Shown here: in pieces, positions 8,714 through 15,995 of the stretch
Layout: every line of letters starts with the position of its first letter
Position numbering within the stretch: the first letter of the stretch is position 1
Source: a virus
Taxonomy: Duplodnaviria > Caudoviricetes
Virus record (IMG/VR): IMGVR_UViG_3300017655_000018
Coordinates: 1-29,489 of that record
DNA length: 29,489 nucleotides
Strand: one strand, 5' to 3'
Translations under genes and position numbers: made by a program
The notes under the pieces: generated by a model
The model's database searches: none
Seen by the model: the letters and a program-made list of their open reading frames with translations, nothing else
What the model was told of the DNA's origin: nothing

Positions 8714-8992
8714 ATGGCGATGGAAATCGACGCTGACGAGCCAGAATATGTGCAGTGCAGGCGATGGCGCGAAGAGGTGATGGAGCTATCCCGGTCGCAG
8801 CTGGCCGTGCTGACCGGCTTCTCTGCCGGCGCGATCAAGGACTTCGAGCGCCCGGACAAGAACATCGATGAGAACGCGCGGAAACGCTATCGTATGGCGT
8901 GCGCCGCGGCGGAATTCGGGATCGAAGGCGGCTGGCTGAACCGAAAGCTGGTGCTGACACGACGCTTCGAGATGACCGTTCTGCAGGATTAG
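8714..8992 (+). CDS. XRE-family HTH regulator
   Basis: LSRSQLAVLTGFSAGAIKDFER. Confidence 0.8.
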   Translation: MAMEIDADEPEYVQCRRWREEVMELSRSQLAVLTGFSAGAIKDFERPDKNIDENARKRYRMACAAAEFGIEGGWLNRKLVLTRRFEMTVLQD

Positions 8993-9004
8993 GAGTAAGC
9001 GGAA

Positions 9005-9244
9005 ATGAACATGATCGAGAAGGTCGCCAGGGCGATACAGACGGCTGACGAGCAGAATGGCGGGTGGCCATATGAGCGCGTAGTCCAGGAGAAGCACGCT
9101 CGAAATGATCTGTTTGACCGCGCCCGTGCCGCCATCGAGGCGATGCGTGACGAACTTGAGACGCACCTGAAGCACGATGAGGAGGGCGTGATCGACTGGA
9201 TCGACGCCGCGCTGCTGGAGCACGTGCCGGAGCATCCATCTTGA
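9005..9244 (+). CDS. Phage hypothetical protein (79 aa)
   Basis: AGGAG RBS; MIEKVARAI...ARAAIEAMR pattern common in phage early genes. Confidence 0.7.
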   Translation: MNMIEKVARAIQTADEQNGGWPYERVVQEKHARNDLFDRARAAIEAMRDELETHLKHDEEGVIDWIDAALLEHVPEHPS

Positions 9245-9293
9245 CTCCGATGCCTGACCGCGCCATTTAGCCCTGCAGGTACAAAAAGAGAAC
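9240..9293 (+). promoter_or_regulatory. Sigma70-like promoter with alphaproteobacterial LexA-box candidate
   Basis: CTTGAC-N17-CCATTT (9240-9268); GTAC-AAAAAGA-GAAC (9279-9293) versus GAAC-N7-GAAC consensus. Confidence 0.6.
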
Positions 9294-9324
9294 GAATGGC
9301 GGCGTTCCAAACCGAGGATGCCGC

Positions 9325-9768
9325 ATGCCAGAACCCCGAAAAACCAGGCGAAAACCGCTGACCGAACCCATGCTAATCAGGTATGGGCGAGAATGGCAGG
9401 TCTGCTATCAGGCCCGCGGCACCATCAACTATGAGCGCGTGACAGCATGGGTCTACGGGCCGGATAGCACCTTTTTCTGCAAGCATGGTGATCAGCACGA
9501 AATCATCATGTTGCCGGAGAAGGACGCTTTCATCGGGGGTCAGTTCCCGTTCGTGATCGACCGCGTGAACGGCGATGGCGTGCCGATGGAGAAGCTGGGC
9601 GGAGCCCGCAACGCCGGGGCAGCCATTGCGGCCTACGAGTACTTCAAGACGATCTATTCGGCCGGCGTCCGCCTCTGCAACGGCGCCAGGTTGATGCGGA
9701 CGCAAAGCGAGGACGAAGATGAGCTTAGACGACAGAACGCCGACCCATCCACCGCCGCCGGTGAGTGA
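9325..9768 (+). CDS. Hypothetical protein (147 aa)
   Basis: GAGG RBS; downstream of putative SOS promoter. Confidence 0.7.
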   Translation: MPEPRKTRRKPLTEPMLIRYGREWQVCYQARGTINYERVTAWVYGPDSTFFCKHGDQHEIIMLPEKDAFIGGQFPFVIDRVNGDGVPMEKLGGARNAGAAIAAYEYFKTIYSAGVRLCNGARLMRTQSEDEDELRRQNADPSTAAGE

Positions 9769-9901
9769 AGAGCACTACTGCGAGCACGAGGGCTGCAACG
9801 AATGGGGCGGCTTCGGCATGGCACGCAGCAAAGCCGAGCCGATACGCTGGTGGTGCTGGGAGCACTATCCTTACAAGGATCCGAACTATGCTCGCCGCTG
9901 A
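9761..9901 (+). CDS. Small Cys/His (zinc-finger-like) protein, 46 aa, GTG start
   Basis: HYCEHEGC...WWCWEH; overlaps upstream stop. Confidence 0.65.
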   Translation: MSEEHYCEHEGCNEWGGFGMARSKAEPIRWWCWEHYPYKDPNYARR

Positions 9902-9908
9902 TCTGCCT

Positions 9909-10397
9909 TCAGGCTTCTTTCCGCTGCCTCGGCCGGCGCGGTAAGTCGACGAGGACAACCGCGCACTTCAATCCGCCGAGCCAGAGCGGGAAGATCTCCG
10001 GGCCCATGCCGCGCCCCTGGGGCCGGCCGAAGTTCTCCAGCTTCGAGGTGTAACCCTCCTGCATGCCGGAGCGTGCATCGAGCTCTATCGACGAGACCTT
10101 CAGTTCTTCGCGGCGCTTGATCAGTGCGTCTACGAGCTGCTGATAGTCGGTAATGACGCCGGAGACCGGCTTGAGGCCGATGAGGCGGCCTTCGAGGTCA
10201 GGATCGAGCCCGCCGCGCGTCGCCTCCCACTTCGCCAGATCGTAATCGGACCAGTAATCGCGCTTGTTGAGCACCAGCGGGACCGGGAATGTCGGATCGT
10301 TCTTGATCCAGTTGCGCAGAGTCCACCGGCTGATGCCATAGCGGGCGCAAACCTCGGGCCTCGACAGGTATTTTTCGTTTTTGGTCCGCGTCGTCAT
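9909..10397 (-). CDS. AlpA/Xis-like HTH fused to XRE-like HTH
   Basis: YLSRPEVCARYGISRWTLRNW...FPVP, then RREELKVSSIELDARSGMQEGYTSKLE. Confidence 0.75.
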   Translation of the reverse strand: MTTRTKNEKYLSRPEVCARYGISRWTLRNWIKNDPTFPVPLVLNKRDYWSDYDLAKWEATRGGLDPDLEGRLIGLKPVSGVITDYQQLVDALIKRREELKVSSIELDARSGMQEGYTSKLENFGRPQGRGMGPEIFPLWLGGLKCAVVLVDLPRRPRQRKEA

Positions 10398-10432
10398 GGT
10401 GAAAACCGTAGAATTGCGTTGAAAGGTGGTGC

Positions 10433-10984
10433 TTACCAAGGGATGTCATCGGCGCAGACTGGCACCGGCGGCGCGTTATCGCTCGAGCCCGGCGGCCCAT
10501 AAATCTCGCCGGTGATCGAGATGAACGCCGATCCGGTCGGGCATTCCCGCAGCTTGGTGACGGATACCGCGTGGGTGACGCCGGAGTGCAGCAGCGCCCG
10601 CCGCTCGTCCGCCATCCGGCCCCGGGCTTCCGACTGGCGCTCATGCAGCAGCTTCGGACGCACGCCGACAGGGCGCCGGTCCTCAAGCTGCATGCGCTCC
10701 TGCGCCAGATCGATCTGCTTCTGCACGAACGCCATCTCGTCACGGATCGCCGCTGAAAGCTCCGCTGGCGACGGAGCGAATGATTTCGAGAGCTTGTCCA
10801 GCTCGCCGCGGATCAACTTCACCACCACCGTCTCGATCGCGTGCTTCGTCGCCTTGTGGCAGGCGATCAGGTACGATTCTTCGAGTTCCGCCGGACTCGC
10901 CTTGCGGGGCGGCAGGGCGCGGAAGAGCTTGCCGAGAGCCGTGGAAATCTCCGCCGTCGTGGCTTCCCTCAATCGTGCGTCCAT
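10433..10984 (-). CDS. Replication accessory protein (helicase loader-like slot) with DDIPW tail
   Basis: Follows Rep; FAPSPAEL motif; C-terminus ADDIPW. Confidence 0.65.
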   Translation of the reverse strand: MDARLREATTAEISTALGKLFRALPPRKASPAELEESYLIACHKATKHAIETVVVKLIRGELDKLSKSFAPSPAELSAAIRDEMAFVQKQIDLAQERMQLEDRRPVGVRPKLLHERQSEARGRMADERRALLHSGVTHAVSVTKLRECPTGSAFISITGEIYGPPGSSDNAPPVPVCADDIPW

Positions 10985-11582
10985 CGTCGTAATCCCTGAA
11001 TTCTCTGGCTCTGGCGTTGAAAAGATCGGCGAGGTCCGGGTCTCGCTGCGGCGGCCCGCGCTGGACGGTCGCCGGCATGTCGGCCCATCGGTCCTGGTTC
11101 AGCCACGTCGAAGGGTTGCACCACGGACGATCATCGGTCTTCGCGACATAGCGCCGGAGACCGGCGAGGATCGTGTCGAGGTCGGCGCGAGACCGGGCCT
11201 TGACGAAGGCCCTGAGAGCTTCCGGCTTGCCGACCTTGTTCGGGTAGAGTGGCCAGAATTCGCTTTCGAACTCGGCTTTGAGGCCGTCGGCGGGGGAAGA
11301 GCCCCCTTTAGGGGGCGAAGGGGGTATGGATTGATGGGGGTTAGGAGAAGGGGGTGTGGGGGAAGAACCTGAGGGGGAAGAAAGGTCACGCCCGTCACGC
11401 GCTGTCACGCCATGTAACGCATTACGCGAACGATGATTTCGTTGGCGAATTCGGTTCTTCTCACGCTTTTCGGCCAGTTTCTCTTTGTTCGCCTCTTCGT
11501 CGGCGCGCACCACGGCAACGATCTGCTCCGCGGAGCAGCCGGCCTTTAACATTGCTTCAAGGACAGAGGCGGAAACGCTCAC
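10740..11582 (-). CDS. Phage replication initiator / replisome organiser (GTG start)
   Basis: RIRQRNHR, Pro-rich linker PPSPPKGG, FWPLYPNKVGK, PSTWLNQDRWAD; internal iterons. Confidence 0.8.
   Translation of the reverse strand: MSVSASVLEAMLKAGCSAEQIVAVVRADEEANKEKLAEKREKNRIRQRNHRSRNALHGVTARDGRDLSSPSGSSPTPPSPNPHQSIPPSPPKGGSSPADGLKAEFESEFWPLYPNKVGKPEALRAFVKARSRADLDTILAGLRRYVAKTDDRPWCNPSTWLNQDRWADMPATVQRGPPQRDPDLADLFNARAREFRDYDDGRTIEGSHDGGDFHGSRQALPRPAAPQGESGGTRRIVPDRLPQGDEARDRDGGGEVDPRRAGQALEIIRSVASGAFSGDP
11385..11427. repeat. Iteron-like repeats (probable phage ori)
   Basis: GTCACGC at 11385, 11394, 11404; GTAACGC at 11414; ATTACGC at 11421. Confidence 0.65.
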
Positions 11583-11878
11583 TTCGGACGCCTCCGATAT
11601 TCCATGTCATGCGTGTTGTGGCAGCGCTGGCACCAGTGGCGCAGGTCGTCGGGCCCGTTGCGAGAGACGTCATGCTCGACGTGGGCAACCGTCAGAACGA
11701 CGGTCGAGCCGGTGACAGGGTGCGGTTCGCCGTGAGCAGCGCGGCACTCAGGATAGGCCGGAGAGCCCTCGCAGCGCCAACCGGATCGAGCGCCCACCCA
11801 GGCGCGAATATCCTGCCATGCACGGGAACGGAGCGACCCGCCGGGATAGAGCTTCTGCTTTTCGGCGCTTATCGGCAT
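11579..11878 (-). CDS. HNH-like zinc-binding endonuclease
   Basis: WRCEG...LTVAH...N..DDLRHWCQRCHN. Confidence 0.75.
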   Translation of the reverse strand: MPISAEKQKLYPGGSLRSRAWQDIRAWVGARSGWRCEGSPAYPECRAAHGEPHPVTGSTVVLTVAHVEHDVSRNGPDDLRHWCQRCHNTHDMEYRRRPK

Positions 11879-12261
11879 GTGAACGCCCTCGCATCATCCT
11901 TGAGGGCGAGAACCCATTTGCGGATCAAAGCGACATCGGCCGTGTCTCGATCGCCGAGATGACGCTCAAGCTCCTCGCATGCGTAGAAGAGCGCGTCCTC
12001 GCGGGTCTCAGCGAACTTGCCCCACTTCGCGCCGACACGGTAACCGCCGCCGCTCATGTCGGCATTGTAGCTGGTCGACCACATCCAGAGGCCATTGTCG
12101 TGACGGTGGACTTCGATCTCGGCGCGGTCCCACGCCATGCGCGGGTGCGGCAGACGGAAAGTGAAGTCAGGCTCATCTCGCACGACAGGACCGTCGGCAT
12201 CGACTGCGATGCGAACTGGCGGACGGCGAAGAGCGTCGAAAAGGCCGAGCTGCTGCATCAC
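11869..12261 (-). CDS. Hypothetical protein (130 aa)
   Basis: GGAGG RBS, coupled start. Confidence 0.7.
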   Translation of the reverse strand: MMQQLGLFDALRRPPVRIAVDADGPVVRDEPDFTFRLPHPRMAWDRAEIEVHRHDNGLWMWSTSYNADMSGGGYRVGAKWGKFAETREDALFYACEELERHLGDRDTADVALIRKWVLALKDDARAFTCR

Positions 12262-12683
12262 GCCTCCTCCAGCCGCCGGCGGTCGCGGCTACGGTCACGC
12301 GCCTTGTTTCGCCGGTTTGCTTTCTGGATCTCGCGGCGCATCGACATGCGGCCCTTGACCTTCATCTTCTTGCCCTGGCCGATCTTCTCGTCGCGCATGC
12401 GCTCGGTGACGATGGTGACCAGCTTGCCGGACCGGATGACGTAGGCGAAACCCTCGTGCCGCACGATGACCTGCCGGAAGCCGGCAAGGATCGCCATCAT
12501 CACGGGGCGGCTGAGAATGCTCTGACGGACGGCCGCCACCGGCAGCCCGGCACGCTCGCAGCACAGGACAGCGCGTTGATGCTCGTCGAGGTGATCAGCA
12601 CCAGCGAGCCATTCCGCCACCGGCAGGCCGAGCACGCGTTCGAGGTATCGGATGACGGCGTGGCAGGAGACGGCCTCAAGCAT
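12258..12683 (-). CDS. Hypothetical protein with HAVIRYLER motif (141 aa)
   Basis: GGAGG RBS before ATG 12683; VS.HAV.RYLER motif common in phage proteins. Confidence 0.65.
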   Translation of the reverse strand: MLEAVSCHAVIRYLERVLGLPVAEWLAGADHLDEHQRAVLCCERAGLPVAAVRQSILSRPVMMAILAGFRQVIVRHEGFAYVIRSGKLVTIVTERMRDEKIGQGKKMKVKGRMSMRREIQKANRRNKARDRSRDRRRLEEA

Positions 12684-13170
12684 CGGCAAGCCTCCGCTCG
12701 TAGCACAATCCCAAACCAGCTTTGTCAGCACCGACAAGCGCGCCAACACCTCTATCGCCGGCTGCGACAAGGACTGTGCCGGTCGAGGGGGAATCGCCAG
12801 TAGACCCGTCCGGTCTGATGAATCTGACCTTTCCACCGATGAAGAGCAGCGCGTCGGCTTTGCGCGCCATCTCCTGCCACCACGGCGCCGAAGTTCTATC
12901 CGGCACCAAGGCGATGCCGTTGCCGTGCTGAAGGAACTTATCCAGCCAAGGCTTCAAACCGTTACGGCCGCCGAAGGGCGGGTTCATCCAGACGAAGCCG
13001 TTCCACGCGCGCTCAAGGCCTCGGTCATAGAGCCAACCGAGGCACGGGACATGCAGCGGCCCTTCGATAGGCGCAGAAACATCGAGGTCGAACGTCTCGC
13101 CTAGCGCGTCGAAGATATACTTCGGCGTCCACCAATCATCTGATTTTCCGGAGGCTTCCCAGTGACTCAT
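12676..13170 (-). CDS. Phage DNA N6-adenine methyltransferase (Dam-like family)
   Basis: DDWWTP, FDLDV, WMNPPFG, ALVPDRTSAPWW. Confidence 0.88.
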   Translation of the reverse strand: MSHWEASGKSDDWWTPKYIFDALGETFDLDVSAPIEGPLHVPCLGWLYDRGLERAWNGFVWMNPPFGGRNGLKPWLDKFLQHGNGIALVPDRTSAPWWQEMARKADALLFIGGKVRFIRPDGSTGDSPSTGTVLVAAGDRGVGALVGADKAGLGLCYERRLADA

Positions 13171-13688
13171 GCCGCCACCTCCCGCCCGATGAAGCGCGGG
13201 CCGCCGGTGTGCTGCGCGTGGAAACGGTACCAGCTACAATCCTCTTTGCCGCTCATCGTCGTGCCCGGAATCCAGCGGAGGCGACCGACAGCTACGATAT
13301 GGCTGCACTGGTCGATGAAGGGCGCCGACTGCCTGGTATATGCCCAGCCAGAATCGAATAGCAGCCAAGTCGGCGCCATCGCCTGGAACCGCAAAATCAT
13401 CTGATGCATGATGTCGCGCTTCCATGGGATGTTCGAAATGATCGCGTCGAAGACCACTTCCTCGTCGAAGGGGTGGACAAGCGCGTCGAGGCCGGTCTCG
13501 ATATCGCCCTCATAGGCGCAGACGAGCCCAGCCGCCTGCAGCTGGCCGACGAGATGTCCCTCGCCCGCGCATGGCTCGGCAAAGGTGCGGATGCCGCGCA
13601 GATGAGGCAGCAGCATAGCTACGGCGCGCGGATCTATGGTCTGATAGGCGTCGCGATCAATGCGCGGGAAGCTACTCCTTTTCCCCAT
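13167..13688 (-). CDS. Amino-methyltransferase-like protein with variant motif IV (NIPW)
   Basis: RDAYQT, EPCAGEG SAM motif, IISNIPW. Confidence 0.78.
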   Translation of the reverse strand: MGKRSSFPRIDRDAYQTIDPRAVAMLLPHLRGIRTFAEPCAGEGHLVGQLQAAGLVCAYEGDIETGLDALVHPFDEEVVFDAIISNIPWKRDIMHQMILRFQAMAPTWLLFDSGWAYTRQSAPFIDQCSHIVAVGRLRWIPGTTMSGKEDCSWYRFHAQHTGGPRFIGREVAA

Positions 13689-13689
13689 G

Positions 13690-14232
13690 TCACGCCGCCC
13701 TCTTCTTCGAGAGCCGGACCTCGCGCGGGATATAGGCGACGCGAGTGTGATAAGTGCAGTAGGTGCCGCCGTGCTCGACGTTGTGGCCGCAGAACAGAGT
13801 GCTGGCCTTCTCACCGCTGACCGGGAAGCGGCAATCATTGGCGCCGAGGTCGATGAGCGATAAATTCAGCGGGGCCGGCCGTACGATGCTGGCGACGACC
13901 GGCGACGGCGGGACGGCGCGAGCTTCGATCTCGGCAAGCTTCTTCGCACGCCCCAGCGCGGCAGCCTTCCGGCGCTCCTCCCGCATCGCGCGGTCGCGGT
14001 CGATCTGATCACGCTTCGCCGCCCGCTTCTTGTCATCCGCGCGCTTCCTGATCTTGGAGGCGCTGTCGTGCCCGACGTCATGGCAGAGGTTCAGCCGGTG
14101 CACCTTGCCGATGACGGCATTGCGGGACACGCCGCCGAGGATTTTGGCGATCTGCCCAGCGCTCATGCCGTCGCGCCAGAGTTCGGTAAGCCGCTCGATG
14201 CGAGCGTCGGTCCATGTCGGGTTGATGTTCAT
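13690..14232 (-). CDS. gcrA: GcrA-family cell-cycle regulator (phage copy)
   Basis: WTDARIERLTELWRDGMSAGQIA..LGGVSRNAVIGKVHRL and CRFPV...FCG...YCTYH. Confidence 0.92.
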   Translation of the reverse strand: MNINPTWTDARIERLTELWRDGMSAGQIAKILGGVSRNAVIGKVHRLNLCHDVGHDSASKIRKRADDKKRAAKRDQIDRDRAMREERRKAAALGRAKKLAEIEARAVPPSPVVASIVRPAPLNLSLIDLGANDCRFPVSGEKASTLFCGHNVEHGGTYCTYHTRVAYIPREVRLSKKRAA

Positions 14233-14612
14233 TCGAAGACCTCGATATTCCACCCGCCGCCGTCCTTCTTGGACTGCGGGCGAGCTGCGATGAACCGGAA
14301 GGGGTAGAGATCGGCGGCGACCTTGATCTTCACGCGCGCGTCGTCTTGCCAGAAGCCTTTGACCTCGTGCATTTCGAGGTGGCCGGTGGCGCGCATCACG
14401 GCAAAGTCAGGCGTGTAGAAGGTGTTGTCGGCGAGGCGGAGCTTTACACCCTCGAACCGATACCAGAGGACATCGCCGGCAACCCGCATGTCTTCGAGCA
14501 TCGCCTCGTATTTCGCCTCAGTCTTGTTGCGCTCGCCCGTTTTGAGACGGCCAAGAGCAAGGCGGCCCGAAGCCGCCTTTCCCTGAGATGACGCATTGCT
14601 GCGGCCCGCCAT
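14229..14612 (-). CDS. DUF1064-like PD-(D/E)XK nuclease (resolvase candidate)
   Basis: NKTEAKY, YTPDF, HEVKG. Confidence 0.8.
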   Translation of the reverse strand: MAGRSNASSQGKAASGRLALGRLKTGERNKTEAKYEAMLEDMRVAGDVLWYRFEGVKLRLADNTFYTPDFAVMRATGHLEMHEVKGFWQDDARVKIKVAADLYPFRFIAARPQSKKDGGGWNIEVFE

Positions 14613-14878
14613 CAGCTTTCATCCGGCGGCAGTTCGATCATGCCGAGAGCCTGGAGATAGGTGTCGAGGATCGCTTCCTGCTCGACCCGCTCGTTCTTGT
14701 CCTGCTTGCGGATCTGGATGACCTTGCGCAGAACCTTGGTGTCGAAGCCGACGCCCTTCGCCTCGCCGTAGACATCCTTGATGTCATCGGCGATCGTCTG
14801 CTTCTCCTCTTCGAGGCGTTCGATCCGCTCAATCAATGCGCGCAGTTGATCGCGCGCTACGCCGTGTGCGTCAGACAT
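14612..14878 (-). CDS. gapR: GapR / DUF2312 DNA-binding protein (phage copy)
   Basis: [36 protein letters not shown]. Confidence 0.92.
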   Translation of the reverse strand: MSDAHGVARDQLRALIERIERLEEEKQTIADDIKDVYGEAKGVGFDTKVLRKVIQIRKQDKNERVEQEAILDTYLQALGMIELPPDES

Positions 14879-15077
14879 TTTCCATCGCTCCTTTGAAGCT
14901 CTTCGACGATCGGGAACCCGCAGGGCGCGCGAAGAGCACCGCGCCGCGCTGGTGTTCAATGGTGTGCTGGGCGTCGATGTCGACCTGAGCCGGGATGACG
15001 CCGCAATCGACGCAAATCCGCCCGGCATTCAGCCAGGCACCGCAATCGGGGCAGACGGCACGCGCGCGTTTCAGCAT
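14871..15077 (-). CDS. Small zinc-ribbon protein (68 aa)
   Basis: CPDC...CVDC; GAGG RBS. Confidence 0.6.
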   Translation of the reverse strand: MLKRARAVCPDCGAWLNAGRICVDCGVIPAQVDIDAQHTIEHQRGAVLFARPAGSRSSKSFKGAMENV

Positions 15078-15163
15078 CGGCCTGCCTCGCGAAGAGCAGC
15101 CGCGCCGAGCACGATGACGCCGGCGGCGATGATGATGACGAGGATGAAGAGAGCGAAGGTCAT
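15071..15163 (-). CDS. 30-aa single-TM peptide (not in ORF track)
   Basis: GGAGG RBS, ATGA coupling; [30 protein letters not shown]. Confidence 0.6.
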   Translation of the reverse strand: MTFALFILVIIIAAGVIVLGAAALREAGRC

Positions 15164-15288
15164 CGACGTGGCCTCCGGCTGCGGGCGCGGGCGACGAGGA
15201 GGGCAATCGCCCGATCCTTGCACCAGACGGATGCGACGTAGAGAGCGGAAGAGACCTGCAGGAGACGGTCGGCGAAGAAGGCGCGCAT
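15160..15288 (-). CDS. 42-aa peptide (not in ORF track)
   Basis: TGATG coupling; MRAFFADRLLQVSSALYVASVWCKDRAIALLVARARSRRPRR. Confidence 0.55.
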   Translation of the reverse strand: MRAFFADRLLQVSSALYVASVWCKDRAIALLVARARSRRPRR

Positions 15289-15665
15289 CACTTCATCCCC
15301 GTCTTGAGCTTGTCGAGCTGTTCGCGGTGCCAGTCGAGACGGGCCTCAAGCTCGGCGATGTGGACGCCGCGCTCGAACTCGCGCCACCAGCGCGTGCCCG
15401 AACCCTCCATGATCGACTGCAGCAGCTCGAACCCGGCATCGGACCGCAGCAGGTTCACCAGCGCGTCGGCGCCGGGCTCCGTCCGGCCTTCAAGCCAGAG
15501 TTCGGCGGCGCGGCGGCTGATATGCGCACGGCCGGCTAGATTGGCGGCGGTCTTCGAGGGCCAAAGCCGCCGCGCGAGGTCGCAAACAGCGTCGATGCAC
15601 CGAATCGTGTTTCGGCGCTTTCCGAATCCCGAGTCCGAGAAAAGAGACGATTGTGCAGACATCAA
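15288..15665 (-). CDS. CII-position HTH regulator
   Basis: KTAANLAGRAHISRRAAELWLEG; follows cro. Confidence 0.65.
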   Translation of the reverse strand: MMSAQSSLFSDSGFGKRRNTIRCIDAVCDLARRLWPSKTAANLAGRAHISRRAAELWLEGRTEPGADALVNLLRSDAGFELLQSIMEGSGTRWWREFERGVHIAELEARLDWHREQLDKLKTGMK

Positions 15666-15711
15666 GCCACCTGAAGGAGACGATGGAAATGTTGAGGAGA
15701 GCGCGGTTCAA

Positions 15712-15909
15712 TCATGCTGCCACCATCGGGCCGCTTTCGATCTCCGCCAGAATTCGGTTGTAGGTGTCGATGCTGATCGACCTACCGTCACGGAGCCGCG
15801 ACAATAGTTTTCCGTCGTTGACCACCTTCTTTCCGAAGGTCGTCTCAGCCATCCCCGTCGCACGGCAATGGCGTTCGATGCTCTCGATGATGGATTGGTT
15901 CGTGATCAT
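15712..15909 (-). CDS. Cro-like repressor (65 aa)
   Basis: GMAETTFGKKVVNDGKLLSRLRDGR; divergent from cI. Confidence 0.8.
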   Translation of the reverse strand: MITNQSIIESIERHCRATGMAETTFGKKVVNDGKLLSRLRDGRSISIDTYNRILAEIESGPMVAA

Positions 15910-15916
15910 GCGGATC

Positions 15917-15994
15917 ACAATAATGGGCAATTACCCATTTTGCAATGGGCAATAACCCAAGTGCTATTTACGCAAGGATTGGGCAATATCCCAA
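15917..15994. promoter_or_regulatory. OR-like operator triplet and pR promoter
   Basis: ATGGGCAATTACCCAT (15923), ATGGGCAATAACCCAA (15945), TTGGGCAATATCCCAA (15979); minus-strand TTGCAA-N17-TATTGT (15945-15917). Confidence 0.88.
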
Positions 15995-15995
15995 C

